NCBI GenBank assembly: GCA_020636505.1
Contig: JACJXR010000009.1
Span: 4,228 to 68,227 of the forward strand
Direction of reading: 5' to 3'
Source: Chitinophagales bacterium
GTDB lineage: Bacteria > Bacteroidota > Bacteroidia > Chitinophagales > Chitinophagaceae
Length of the DNA stretch: 64,000 nucleotides
Positions within the stretch are counted from its first letter, which is position 1, and each line of letters starts with the position of its first letter. Shown here piece by piece: positions 35,339 through 45,392 of the stretch. A program made the position numbers and the translations under genes. The notes under the pieces were generated by a model. The model saw only the letters and a program-made list of their open reading frames with translations, was not told where the DNA came from and ran no database searches.

Positions 35339-36313
35339 ATGAGTAAAGGTCCTATTTCACAGTTCATACAACATCATTACCGCCACTTCAACGCGGCTGC
35401 CCTTGTGGATGCCGCCAAAGGGTACGAAACACACCTTATGGAAGATGGCAAGATGCTGGTATCCTTGGCAGGTGCAATGAGTACTGCCGAGCTGGGTATA
35501 TCCTTGGCTGAGATGATTCGCCAAGACAAAGTGCATATCATCAGTTGTACAGGTGCCAACCTTGAGGAAGACATCATGAACCTTGTGGCACATACACACT
35601 ACAAACGTGTACCCAACTATCGTGATTTGAGCCCTAAAGAAGAGTGGGAACTGTTGGAGAATGGCTTCAACCGTGTTACAGATACTTGTATTCCTGAAGA
35701 AGAAGCTTTCCGTCGTATACAGAAGCACATCTATAAGATATGGAAAGACGCTGAGGAGAACGGTGAACGTTACTTCCCTCACGAGTATATGTACAAGCTG
35801 CTTTTGAGTGAGGTGATGAAGGAGAACTACGAGATAGATCCCAAACACAGTTGGATGATAGCCGCTGCTGAGAAGAACCTCCCAATTGTTGTTCCGGGTT
35901 GGGAAGACAGCACCATGGGTAACATCTTTGCTTCTTACTGCATCAAAGGTGAGCTAAAGGCTAGCACCATGAAGAGTGGTATAGAGTATATGGTTTGGTT
36001 GTCAGACTGGTATAGGAACAACTCGGCAGGCAAGGGTGTAGGCTTCTTCCAAATAGGTGGAGGTATAGCCGGTGACTTCCCGATATGTGTTGTCCCGATG
36101 ATGTATCAAGACCTTGAATGGCATGATGTGCCGTTCTGGAGCTACTTCTGTCAAATAAGCGACAGCACAACTTCTTACGGTTCTTACAGTGGTGCAGTAC
36201 CTAACGAGAAGATAACTTGGGGTAAGCTGGACATCAATACACCTAAGTACATAGTGGAAAGTGATGCCACAATTGTGGCTCCATTGATATTCGGATACCT
36301 CTTGGGTTGGTAA
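35339..36313 (+). CDS. Deoxyhypusine synthase family protein (bacterial DHS-like)
   Basis: 324 aa. Contains SLAGAMSTAELG, ISCTGANLEED, FFQIGGGIAGDFP and ITWGKLD, the last being a WGK lysine motif as in eukaryotic DHS. Confidence 0.85.
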   Translation: MSKGPISQFIQHHYRHFNAAALVDAAKGYETHLMEDGKMLVSLAGAMSTAELGISLAEMIRQDKVHIISCTGANLEEDIMNLVAHTHYKRVPNYRDLSPKEEWELLENGFNRVTDTCIPEEEAFRRIQKHIYKIWKDAEENGERYFPHEYMYKLLLSEVMKENYEIDPKHSWMIAAAEKNLPIVVPGWEDSTMGNIFASYCIKGELKASTMKSGIEYMVWLSDWYRNNSAGKGVGFFQIGGGIAGDFPICVVPMMYQDLEWHDVPFWSYFCQISDSTTSYGSYSGAVPNEKITWGKLDINTPKYIVESDATIVAPLIFGYLLGW

Positions 36314-36342
36314 TAGACTCAAAAGGTTGACATAACAATAAT

Positions 36343-36359
36343 GGCTGCCAGTGGCAGCC
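36343..36359. terminator. Hairpin between convergent genes
   Basis: GGCTGCC-agt-GGCAGCC followed by TTTATTG. Confidence 0.55.
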
Positions 36360-36389
36360 TTTATTGTTTATAAATAAGATGTGATTGTA

Positions 36390-36896
36390 TTATTTGGTGC
36401 GCTTGGTACCTTGGAATTGAGTGTAGCTCAATTTGCCATCGGCAGTGGTTTCTTCTATCAATATTTCGATTCTATCATTACCGATGTAGTCCATGGTAAC
36501 TGTTTTGCCGCTTGGTACATCCGTAACTTCAACTTCTGTACTGTTGTATACACGACCGATGTACTTCTCCAAAGTACCACGGCTGTATAAGAAGAACTGT
36601 ATGTATATCTCTGGTTCTGCACCGTATGCATCTACAATTGCTGAGTCAATAATAACTGGTTCTGTATTGATTTTTGTAATACCGTCATAAGTTCCTAGGA
36701 ACTTAGTCCTCATGTATGTCTCACATTGAGACCCTTCGAAACCTTCTTCACAACGGCAAAAACCATCTACGCAAACGCCGTCGTGACGGCACATAAATGT
36801 TTTACAACTGTCATGTGTACAGGAACTGTATAGTACTGTAAATGAGATGCTAATGAAGGCTATAGCAGTTATCAACGAGTATTTCCAAAGCTTCAT
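36390..36896 (-). CDS. Lipoprotein with an EGF-like Cys-rich module
   Basis: Signal/lipobox ...VLYSSC. CRCEEGFEGSQC fits the C-x-C-x5-G-x2-C EGF signature. Confidence 0.65.
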   Translation of the reverse strand: MKLWKYSLITAIAFISISFTVLYSSCTHDSCKTFMCRHDGVCVDGFCRCEEGFEGSQCETYMRTKFLGTYDGITKINTEPVIIDSAIVDAYGAEPEIYIQFFLYSRGTLEKYIGRVYNSTEVEVTDVPSGKTVTMDYIGNDRIEILIEETTADGKLSYTQFQGTKRTK

Positions 36897-36957
36897 ATTC
36901 TACTGAAGTTATTATTTATGCCAAAATACAAAAAATCCCGACTAAATAAAGTATCTG

Positions 36958-38001
36958 TTACTTTTTTTCGTTTGATAGTGAATTCCATCCTTGTGCCTTG
37001 AGGTTGTGTGTGTTACCTCCTTTGGTTTCCAGCTTTATTCCCTCTTCTGCTTCGGTGATATAACCTATCGGAGAGATGGACTCATTCAGTACCAATTTCT
37101 CATAGTCTTCTTGAGATACGGTGAACAGCAGCTCGTAGTCTTCGCCGCCGTTAAGGGCACACATTGTTGGGTCTATTTTGAACTCATAGGCCAACTCCCT
37201 TGCTTCATCGTGTATCGGTAGCTTCTTTTCATATAATATACATCCCTTGTTGCTACTGTCGCAAAGATGCATGACATCTGAGCTTACACCATCGCTTACA
37301 TCCATCATCGATGTAGGTGTGATACCTTGTTCCGCCAACCAAGTAACAATGTCTGTTCTGGCTTCGGGTTTCAATATACGACCGACACAATATGGGTACT
37401 TCTGCAAGTCGGGCTGTACGTCAGGGTGTTCCAGATAAATTTGCTTCTCCCTTTCTAATAGCTGCAAACCGAGGTATGCTGCACCAAGGTCTCCTGTAAC
37501 ACATATGATATCGCCCTTTTGAGCTCCTGAACGTAGTACATATTTATCAGGTGTTACTTCGCCAATGGCTGTAACGCTTATGATGAATCCCTTTCCTGAA
37601 CTGGTGGTATCTCCACCTATCAAGTCAACATTATACTTTTGACATGCGGCATATACACCTTCGTAAAACTCATCAAGTGCTTCAACGGAAAATCTGTTGG
37701 ATACACCTATGCTCATAGTAATATGAGTAGGGGTGGAGTTCATGGCACATATGTCAGATAAATTTACCACAACGGATTTGTAGCCAAGATGTTTCAAAGG
37801 AGTGTACATCAAGTCAAAGTGTACATCCTCTATCAAAAGGTCTGTGGAAATTACAGACTGTCTACCGAATTGGTCTATTACGGCACCGTCGTCACCAACA
37901 CTTTGTATGGTGCCTGCAATGCGTGTTTCGTTGTTTTGTGTCAAACGGTTTATCAAACCAAACTCACCCAGTTCTCCTATTTCAGTACGTTCTTCACTCA
38001 T
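36958..38001 (-). CDS. thiL: Thiamine-monophosphate kinase
   Basis: GEFGLINRL, SVGDDGAVID and the AIR-synthase-like N- and C-terminal domain pattern. 347 aa. Confidence 0.9.
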   Translation of the reverse strand: MSEERTEIGELGEFGLINRLTQNNETRIAGTIQSVGDDGAVIDQFGRQSVISTDLLIEDVHFDLMYTPLKHLGYKSVVVNLSDICAMNSTPTHITMSIGVSNRFSVEALDEFYEGVYAACQKYNVDLIGGDTTSSGKGFIISVTAIGEVTPDKYVLRSGAQKGDIICVTGDLGAAYLGLQLLEREKQIYLEHPDVQPDLQKYPYCVGRILKPEARTDIVTWLAEQGITPTSMMDVSDGVSSDVMHLCDSSNKGCILYEKKLPIHDEARELAYEFKIDPTMCALNGGEDYELLFTVSQEDYEKLVLNESISPIGYITEAEEGIKLETKGGNTHNLKAQGWNSLSNEKK

Positions 38002-38786
38002 TATATCTTACTTCTGATGATTTTAAGCATGTCGCTATGTATTAAGCCGTTTGTGGCCAGTGTTTCTTTGTCGTTCACGTTGTATGGATCTCCGTCGAAG
38101 TTGGTGATGATACCACCGGCTTCTTCCACTATGAGATAGCCTGCGGCTATGTCCCAAGGGTTGAGGTTGTACTCCCAAAAACCATCAAAGCGTCCACATG
38201 CCACCCAGCAAAGGTCAATGGCTGCAGAGCCTAAGCGTCTTACAGGCAGGCCTTCCATAATAAAGCGTTCAAACACTTTTATCGGATGCTCATAGGTCTT
38301 GGGCCATTTGTATGGGAAGCCGGTTACCAAACAAGCCTTTTTGAAATCGTCTTTTTCTGATACAGATATCACTTGTCCGTTGAGGGTGGCGCCTTTGTCT
38401 TTTTCTGCAAAGAACAATTCGTTCATCAAGGGGTTGTACACAACACCCATCATCATTTGGTCTTTGTACTTAAGACCGATGCTGACACAACATATGGGTA
38501 TACCATGTGCGAAGTTCACCGTTCCGTCAATAGGGTCGATGATCCACTGATAGTCGGAGTCTGTTATCATTTCTCCGGCTTCTTCACTGATGATGGTATG
38601 GTCTGGGTAGGTTTCTCTGATGATGTCAATAATCCTTTTTTCGGAGTGGTTGTCCACTTCTGTCACAAGGTTGTTGACACTACCCTTATTGTTGATCTTG
38701 AAAGTTCCTTGAAAATAATATTGAATGATTCGGCCGGCTTCTTTGGCGGCCTTCAGCATTACTTCCTTTTCTTCGCTCATTTCCAT
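38001..38786 (-). CDS. Inositol monophosphatase family protein (SuhB-like)
   Basis: Contains SEEAGE and WIIDPIDGTVNFAHG motifs. Its stop overlaps the thiL start (TAATG on the minus strand). Confidence 0.9.
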   Translation of the reverse strand: MEMSEEKEVMLKAAKEAGRIIQYYFQGTFKINNKGSVNNLVTEVDNHSEKRIIDIIRETYPDHTIISEEAGEMITDSDYQWIIDPIDGTVNFAHGIPICCVSIGLKYKDQMMMGVVYNPLMNELFFAEKDKGATLNGQVISVSEKDDFKKACLVTGFPYKWPKTYEHPIKVFERFIMEGLPVRRLGSAAIDLCWVACGRFDGFWEYNLNPWDIAAGYLIVEEAGGIITNFDGDPYNVNDKETLATNGLIHSDMLKIIRSKI

Positions 38787-38794
38787 ATAGAGAG

Positions 38795-40252
38795 CTATAA
38801 TTTTATTTCGTTACCAAGGTAATAATCTATCACCTTAAGTTTAAATACAAGGTCGTATTTGGCACTTGCCAGATTGCCCGATGCTTTGGCGTAGTTGTTC
38901 TGTGTCACCAAATATTCGATGGTATTGGTCAGCCCTAACTCGTTGCGCTTCTGTGCAAAGTCGTATGCTCGTTTGGCTGCATCTGCCGAACGTTTGGCCG
39001 CATAGTATTTCTGTACGGCGTTCTTAGCATCGTTGTGCGCTTTGTACACATCTTGTCTCAACTTCAACTCGGATTGTCTGAGATTCAGTTGCTGACTCAT
39101 CATGTTTATCTTGGCTTGCTTCAAAGCCGTTTGGCTCTGCCAACCATTGAACAGAGGTATGTTCACTCCGATGGATACGGTTTGCCTGAAGTTGTTGTCA
39201 AGTTGCTTTCCCAATGGGATGGTTGATGTGGTGTATTGAGGTTGCAATTGATAAATGTCGTATCGGTTCTTTGATGTGGAATCGTAAGCATAAGAACCGA
39301 ATATCCGACTTTCGGTATAGCCACCTGTAAGGTTATAATCTTTGAATGTGGTGGAGTAGTTGGTACCTGCTTGTGCATTGAGTGCCACAACCGGAAGTAA
39401 TGCTCCTTTTGCGGCCCAATAGCCTTTCTTGGCGGCTATCAACCTCAACTCGTTACTGCGAACAGTACCTAAGTTCTTTTCGGCTGCCAAGTAAACTGTT
39501 TCAGGATCTACCAATATGGTTTCTATCTCTTTCTCAATATCGAATGTTGGAACCTCGGGTTCAAACGGCGTTTCGAAATCCAGATTAAGTATCGCTTTGA
39601 TGTCAAGTACTGCTGCATTGTATTCCGTCAATGCACTTATTAAGTTGGCACTGTCTGATGCCAACTGCGCTTCCAATTGTGCAACATTCAGTTCAGGTAG
39701 TCTGCCTGCTTCCACAAACTGTGTTGTTTGTTCCAATTGTGCTTTGGATAAGGCAGCTTGTTGCTCATTTATCTTTATCTGTTCTTTTGCCAACAATAAA
39801 CGTAGGTACCCCGTGGCGACATTCAACGATACATCGTTCATTATCTGCTCAAGGTCCACCTCTGCGGCTCTCAGGTTGTATTTGTTTTGTGATATCCTGT
39901 TCCTGCGTTGGAACCATCCGAACACCAATACATCGGCGCTACCACCGATACTCATGAAATCGTAACTTGTATTGTCTACGAATTGGTTGGTGGTGGGGTC
40001 TACCGAACGTCCGAAACTTCTACCGTAGTTGGTGTTGGCATTCACATTTGGGAGTTGGGACAGGCGGCTTTGTGTCAGTGTGAGTTTTGCCAACCTTTTG
40101 TTCAGTTCATTTTGTTGGATGGTGATGTTATGCTCAAGGGCATACCTTACCGAACGCTTAAGACTCCAACTGTCGTCTTGCGCATATGAGTGATAGTTAA
40201 AGCTTGTGGCCAAAAGCAGTATAAGTATCAGAGCTTTAGAGACATGCTTCAT
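38795..40252 (-). CDS. TolC-family outer membrane protein
   Basis: 485 aa with a signal peptide. It shows the two-repeat helical OMF pattern (e.g. LKRSVRYALEHNITIQQ, LEQTTQFVEAGRL). Confidence 0.8.
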   Translation of the reverse strand: MKHVSKALILILLLATSFNYHSYAQDDSWSLKRSVRYALEHNITIQQNELNKRLAKLTLTQSRLSQLPNVNANTNYGRSFGRSVDPTTNQFVDNTSYDFMSIGGSADVLVFGWFQRRNRISQNKYNLRAAEVDLEQIMNDVSLNVATGYLRLLLAKEQIKINEQQAALSKAQLEQTTQFVEAGRLPELNVAQLEAQLASDSANLISALTEYNAAVLDIKAILNLDFETPFEPEVPTFDIEKEIETILVDPETVYLAAEKNLGTVRSNELRLIAAKKGYWAAKGALLPVVALNAQAGTNYSTTFKDYNLTGGYTESRIFGSYAYDSTSKNRYDIYQLQPQYTTSTIPLGKQLDNNFRQTVSIGVNIPLFNGWQSQTALKQAKINMMSQQLNLRQSELKLRQDVYKAHNDAKNAVQKYYAAKRSADAAKRAYDFAQKRNELGLTNTIEYLVTQNNYAKASGNLASAKYDLVFKLKVIDYYLGNEIKL

Positions 40253-40313
40253 TCTGTAAAAATAGCTTAAAAATACTTGGTGGTGGATGGATGGTAAGTT
40301 AATAAATATGTGG

Positions 40314-40805
40314 CTAATCGCCTTTGGGTGTTTTTATAGGAGGTTCTTCTTCTTCGTGTCCTGATTTCTCTTCATCGCCAAGTTCGGCACAGTCGCTTTC
40401 TTGTTCTATCACTATTTGTGTGGGATTGTTGCTTTTGGTCAGGGCGTCCATGTATTCCATATAGCCGCCGTATTGTGCCATCAATTGGTATCCTGTACGT
40501 GACAACTCCAACTTACCGGCCATCCCAAATCCTGCAACTGGGTTTACAAGTCCTGAGTTCAACAATACTTCCCAAATACGTTCTGATTCGACATAGGGTA
40601 GTTTCAGGTTGGCTGCTTTGAAAATGTCGTCCTCCATATGCAGCACGTCTATGTGAGAATTATAATAGAGGGTTTTAAGAACAAGGTCTATTATCTGCTT
40701 GTCTATCTCGTTGCGGTCTATGGCTACGGATTTGATCTTTGCTTTCTTGAGCTTGTTGGCTCTGTTGTGATGTCTGGACAAGCGTGTGATCCTAGCTTCT
40801 TTCAT
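40314..40805 (-). CDS. Hypothetical protein (163 aa) with acidic C-terminal tail
   Basis: Clean ORF. No motif recognised. Confidence 0.55.
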   Translation of the reverse strand: MKEARITRLSRHHNRANKLKKAKIKSVAIDRNEIDKQIIDLVLKTLYYNSHIDVLHMEDDIFKAANLKLPYVESERIWEVLLNSGLVNPVAGFGMAGKLELSRTGYQLMAQYGGYMEYMDALTKSNNPTQIVIEQESDCAELGDEEKSGHEEEEPPIKTPKGD

Positions 40806-40905
40806 ATATGTACAAAGATAAGCCTATATAAATGAGAAGCATTATTGCATACATACTTTAACGTATACAATAATGCTTATGTGAAAAGACCTTATGGCAG
40901 TCTTC

Positions 40906-41919
40906 TTAATCTTTCTTTTCTTTCAGCCTGCGGTATGCTTCGCGGTTTTCGTTTTCGAGTTGCTCTTCTTGCTCCTGGTCTTTGTCGTACGCACGAATGA
41001 TCTGCTTCACAAGCCTGTGCCTTACAACGTCCGCTTCGTCAAGCTGAATGTAAGCGATACCCTGTATATTCCTTAATATCTTGGTGGCCTTTATAAGACC
41101 CGATTTCTGATTTTTAGGAAGGTCTATCTGGGTAAGGTCACCTGTGATAATAGCTTTTGCCGATGCACCGATACGTGTCAAAAACATCTTAAGCTGAAGG
41201 TCTGTTGCGTTTTGTGCCTCATCGAGTATGATGAAAGCGTTGTCCAACGTCCTACCACGCATATAGGCAAGTGGCGCTATCTCGATGATTCGGTTGGCCA
41301 TATAATAGTTCAGCTTGTCTGACGGTATCATATCGTCCAACGCATCGTACAGCGGCCTCAAGTATGGGTCGATCTTCTCCTTCAAGTCACCTGGTAAGAA
41401 GCCAAGGCTTTCACCTGCTTCCACAGCGGGCCTTGTAAGGATTATCTTTCGTACTGCTTTGTTCTTCAAAGCACGTACTGCAAGTGCCACAGCAGTATAT
41501 GTTTTACCTGTACCGGCAGGGCCTACTGCAAAGATGACGTCGTTCTTTTCAGAAGCATTGGCCATCATCTTTTGGTTTTGTGTTTTGGCGCGTATCACCT
41601 TACCGTTCGGGCCGAACACGATGATATCGTTGCTTCCTTCGTCTTTGAGGAAGTCGCTGTTTTCATCTTCGTCGCCCAATATTTCGGCAAAGTAATTTTC
41701 AGACAGGTGACCGTTGCGCTCCAAGTACTTTATCACCTGACTTATTCTCAGTTGTGCGTTGGCCACCTCTTCGGGTTGGCCCGCCAACTTGATCTGTGTT
41801 CCTCTCGAGAGTATTTTGAGTAGTGGGAATTTCCTTTTTAAAATGTCAAACTTGCTGTTGTTTACTCCGAAGAACTCAATGGGATTAACCGTTTCAAGAC
41901 TTATTATTGCTTCTGTCAA
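40906..41919 (-). CDS. phoH: PhoH-family ATPase
   Basis: Walker A AVGPAGTGKTYTAVA, then ILTRPAVEAGESLGFLPGDL and FIILDEAQN. Confidence 0.92.
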   Translation of the reverse strand: MTEAIISLETVNPIEFFGVNNSKFDILKRKFPLLKILSRGTQIKLAGQPEEVANAQLRISQVIKYLERNGHLSENYFAEILGDEDENSDFLKDEGSNDIIVFGPNGKVIRAKTQNQKMMANASEKNDVIFAVGPAGTGKTYTAVALAVRALKNKAVRKIILTRPAVEAGESLGFLPGDLKEKIDPYLRPLYDALDDMIPSDKLNYYMANRIIEIAPLAYMRGRTLDNAFIILDEAQNATDLQLKMFLTRIGASAKAIITGDLTQIDLPKNQKSGLIKATKILRNIQGIAYIQLDEADVVRHRLVKQIIRAYDKDQEQEEQLENENREAYRRLKEKKD

Positions 41920-42185
41920 TGTGCCTCTATTTTTGATGTAGTGAATTAATAACCAATATACTGAACAGTGTGCGCAAGTAATGTTAACAAATAATAAACC
42001 CTCATATCGGGGTTTGGGTCAAGTGTTTCCGTTTGTTATGAAGTTAATGATATATAACGGCGATGTCCAGTATTATAGTTTTCATTTTACTAACTATTGT
42101 GCATATCTTTTTTATTCATGAAAATGCACCTTGATAATCAACATTGCATATATGAAATATTATTTTTGCCCGTAGAAAAGAAAGC

Positions 42186-43013
42186 ATGTACATATTAAAA
42201 GATAAAGTAGTTGCCATTACAGGAGCCTCATCGGGTATCGGAAAAGCATTGGCGTATGCAGCATTGTCTCGCGGAGCAAAGGTTGCTGTATGTGCCAGAA
42301 ATATTGCGAAACTCGAGGAGACATTCGCCTCGGTTGATAAAGACCGTATACTGATGGTACAAGTGGATGTGAGCAAAGAGGAAGACTGTAAAAGGTTTGT
42401 GGATGATACGGTGCAGAAATGGGGTGGTGTAGATGTGTTGTTGAACAATGCAGGAATAAGTATGCGTGCATTGTTTGAAGAGGTGGAACTGTCTGTGATA
42501 AAAGAGCTAATGGACATCAACTTCTGGGGGTCTGTATACTGCACCAAATACGCATTGAAGCATATATTGAAAGCAAAAGGTGTGATATTGGGTGTATCCT
42601 CGATAGCCGGGTACAGAGGGTTACCCGGTAGAATGGCATATTCCTCTTCCAAGTTTGCGCTACAAGGCTTTTTGGAGTCGTTGCGTACAGAGTTGTTGAA
42701 TACAGGTGTACATGTGATGTGGGTATGCCCGGGCTTTACAGAATCGAACATACGAAAAGTGGCACGCTCTTCGGATGGCAGCCCGCAGCAAGAGTCGCCT
42801 TTGAAGGAGCAGAAACTTATGTCTGCCGACGAAGTTGCCGAAAGAACGATAGTTGGTATAGAAAAGCGTAAGCGCACTTTGGTGATGACCTTTCAGGGTA
42901 AACTGACTGTATTTGTAAACAAGCTCTTTCCGGGCTTTGCTGATAAGCAGGTTTACAAGCATTTTTTACATGAACCTGACTCTCCTTTGCGCAAATATGA
43001 AACCAACGATTAA
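42186..43013 (+). CDS. SDR-family oxidoreductase
   Basis: TGASSGIG cofactor motif, NNAG and YSSSK (Y-x3-K). A TATTTTTG box lies at 42161-42168. Confidence 0.9.
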   Translation: MYILKDKVVAITGASSGIGKALAYAALSRGAKVAVCARNIAKLEETFASVDKDRILMVQVDVSKEEDCKRFVDDTVQKWGGVDVLLNNAGISMRALFEEVELSVIKELMDINFWGSVYCTKYALKHILKAKGVILGVSSIAGYRGLPGRMAYSSSKFALQGFLESLRTELLNTGVHVMWVCPGFTESNIRKVARSSDGSPQQESPLKEQKLMSADEVAERTIVGIEKRKRTLVMTFQGKLTVFVNKLFPGFADKQVYKHFLHEPDSPLRKYETND

Positions 43014-43123
43014 TAATATTTGCACGTCTTATTATCATGTAGGGTAACCTATGTTACAATGTGTATTATTAAGATTCGTTTAATTTGTATTTGCGTACTT
43101 TTATTAAGCAAAACATGTTCAGT

Positions 43124-45367
43124 ATGAAGAACTTACTCCTTATCACAGCGTCGCTCGTGCTGTTTTTGAATGCAGGCGCTCAATTCCAGAATGATGTTTA
43201 CAGACCATTCAATGGAGCTAAGGTATATGCCTATGGTGCAGAAAAGAAATTACCTTGGGTAGGAGGAGTTAATGCACCTCAATTCTCCATGGCCGACCTG
43301 AACCAAGACGGTAAGAAAGATGTGGTGATATATGAGCGGAGTATGGGAGTGAAAACTGTATTGGCTACAGGTAATGGTGGATACGTTTACGACTCAAAAT
43401 ATGAGTCTGCTTTTATGGAGCATAATCTCTCAGGCTACCTTACAATGGTAGATTACAACAGAGACGGTGTGCCTGATATGATAACACGTGGTGGTACGGG
43501 TATTACGGTATACAAAGGTTACTACGATGGTGGTCAATTGAAGTTCAATTTGTTCAAAGCACTATACTATTCAAGCAATACAGGACCGATAAATGCTTAC
43601 GTAGAGCCAATAGATATTCCTGCAATAGGAGATGTTGATGGTGATGGTGATATAGATTTCATCTCTTACTTCGTGTTGGGTAGCCAGATGACATTTTACA
43701 GAAACTGTCAGGTTGAAGATGGCTTACCTAAAGACAGCATCAAGATATGTGTACAGGACGGTTGTTGGGCTAGGACGACTCAAAACTATGAGCGTACTCA
43801 GCTATTGGGACAATGGTGTGGCGATATATGGAAAACATGTAACAAAGGAAGCGCAAATAAAACCACACATAGTGGTAACACACTTTGCATGATAGATATT
43901 GACGGTGATTCCGATATGGATTACTTCAATGGTAACGTCAGCTTTCCGGATATACAGTTTTTCTACAACGGAAAAACTGAACATAGTGTAGCTGTGGATA
44001 CTGCTATCAAAGAAGATACCATCTGGGCAGCCGGTGGTAAGAGCATGTATATGCCTATGTTCCCTGCAGCTTTCGCTGTGGATGTTGACAATGACAACGA
44101 TCTTGACCTGTTGTTCTCACCAAACGATGCCAATACAGAGAACTATAAGTCTGTCTCCTATTATAAAAACACCGGTAGCAGCAGTGCACCAAAATTTGAG
44201 TATCAGTCCGATACTTTTCTTGTCGAACATATGATAGATATGGGTACAGGAGCATATCCGTTGTTTTACGATTATGACAGAGATGGCAAGAAAGACTTGT
44301 TCATCGGTTCAGATGGATTTTATGAACCATCGACAGGAAATTTCAGAAGTAAAATCGCGTACTACAAAAACACATCTTCCAATACCGCATACTCATTCAC
44401 TTTGCAGACGGATGATTTCTTAGGCCTATACGCTACCAACATCAATGGAGCCGCATTGGCAATCGGTGATTTGGATAACGATACCCTTGATGACTTGGTG
44501 ATAGGTAAATCTGACGGAACATTTGCATTTTATAAGAACACTGCTGCAACTCCTGCCGACCAACCTGTATGGGTGCAAGGCACCAATGCGATAATAGATG
44601 CAACTACCAGTAAGGTTTTGGATGTTGGCGACTTTGCCGCTCCCGCTATTTATGATATTGATGCCGACGGTAAGAACGACCTTATTTCAGGTAACCAAGT
44701 AGGCGATCTGTATTACTTCAACAATTACAGCTCGCAAGTGGGGCTTGTTGGACTTAAAGAAATAAACAAGAACCTTGGAGGTGTTAAGATATTCGATTCC
44801 TTCCAAGTGTATGGCTACAGTGTACCATACTTCGGACCTATGGATAATACAGGTAAGGACTATTTGGTTGTAGGTAGCTACTGGGGTGAGTTGTTCCGTT
44901 ACGATGGATTCCAGAATGGAGCCATGCCGGCCAAGTATACCAAGATAGACTCTGTATATTCTTGGATAAATGTACGTCAGCGTGCAGCACCTGCATTCGC
45001 CAACGTGGACAACGATGCCAAGAACCTGTATGAAATGGTGATAGGAAATACGTTGGGTGGTGTTACATTCTACAAACAAGATTTTCCTGTTTCGGTTTCC
45101 GATTGGCAGGTTAGAAATATGGATGTGAAAGTATATCCAAACCCTGCAAAGAACGACTTGGCCGTTTCATGGCAGGCGGGCAATGTAAACGATGTGGTGA
45201 CCATACAAATAGTATCGATAACAGGACAACAACTGATAAACAATACTTACAATGCACAGCAATCAACTGCGCATATCAATATCGCCAACTTGGCATCGGG
45301 TATGTACTATGCAATAGTACAGTCGAACGGTCAAAGGGTGGTGAAGCCTGTTACCATTCTTAAATAG
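43124..45367 (+). CDS. FG-GAP/VCBS-repeat protein with T9SS type A C-terminal sorting domain (paralog 1)
   Basis: Start chosen at MKNLLLITASL. Repeated D.D.DGD.D motifs (GDVDGDGDIDF, DIDGDSDMDY, DVDNDNDLDL, DYDRDGKKDL, DLDNDTLDDL, DIDADGKNDL). C-terminus VKVYPNPAKNDL...GMYYAIVQS...VTILK. Confidence 0.85.
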   Translation: MKNLLLITASLVLFLNAGAQFQNDVYRPFNGAKVYAYGAEKKLPWVGGVNAPQFSMADLNQDGKKDVVIYERSMGVKTVLATGNGGYVYDSKYESAFMEHNLSGYLTMVDYNRDGVPDMITRGGTGITVYKGYYDGGQLKFNLFKALYYSSNTGPINAYVEPIDIPAIGDVDGDGDIDFISYFVLGSQMTFYRNCQVEDGLPKDSIKICVQDGCWARTTQNYERTQLLGQWCGDIWKTCNKGSANKTTHSGNTLCMIDIDGDSDMDYFNGNVSFPDIQFFYNGKTEHSVAVDTAIKEDTIWAAGGKSMYMPMFPAAFAVDVDNDNDLDLLFSPNDANTENYKSVSYYKNTGSSSAPKFEYQSDTFLVEHMIDMGTGAYPLFYDYDRDGKKDLFIGSDGFYEPSTGNFRSKIAYYKNTSSNTAYSFTLQTDDFLGLYATNINGAALAIGDLDNDTLDDLVIGKSDGTFAFYKNTAATPADQPVWVQGTNAIIDATTSKVLDVGDFAAPAIYDIDADGKNDLISGNQVGDLYYFNNYSSQVGLVGLKEINKNLGGVKIFDSFQVYGYSVPYFGPMDNTGKDYLVVGSYWGELFRYDGFQNGAMPAKYTKIDSVYSWINVRQRAAPAFANVDNDAKNLYEMVIGNTLGGVTFYKQDFPVSVSDWQVRNMDVKVYPNPAKNDLAVSWQAGNVNDVVTIQIVSITGQQLINNTYNAQQSTAHINIANLASGMYYAIVQSNGQRVVKPVTILK

Positions 45368-45392
45368 ATTTAAGTAAAGTATTACAACGAGC

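Noticed and set aside
35357-35848. 163-aa minus-strand ORF (and the ORFs at 36002-36322 and 35961-36170)
   Set aside because: They are antisense to the deoxyhypusine-synthase-like gene, which has strong family motifs.
39516-39965. 149-aa and 108-aa plus-strand ORFs
   Set aside because: They lie inside, and antisense to, the TolC-family gene at 38795-40252. The translations are low-complexity and Ser/Cys-rich.
42116-42877. 253-aa ORF on the minus strand
   Set aside because: It is entirely antisense to the clearly recognisable SDR gene (TGASSGIG, YSSSK). The translation is S/T/N-rich low-complexity with no motif, so it is a shadow ORF.
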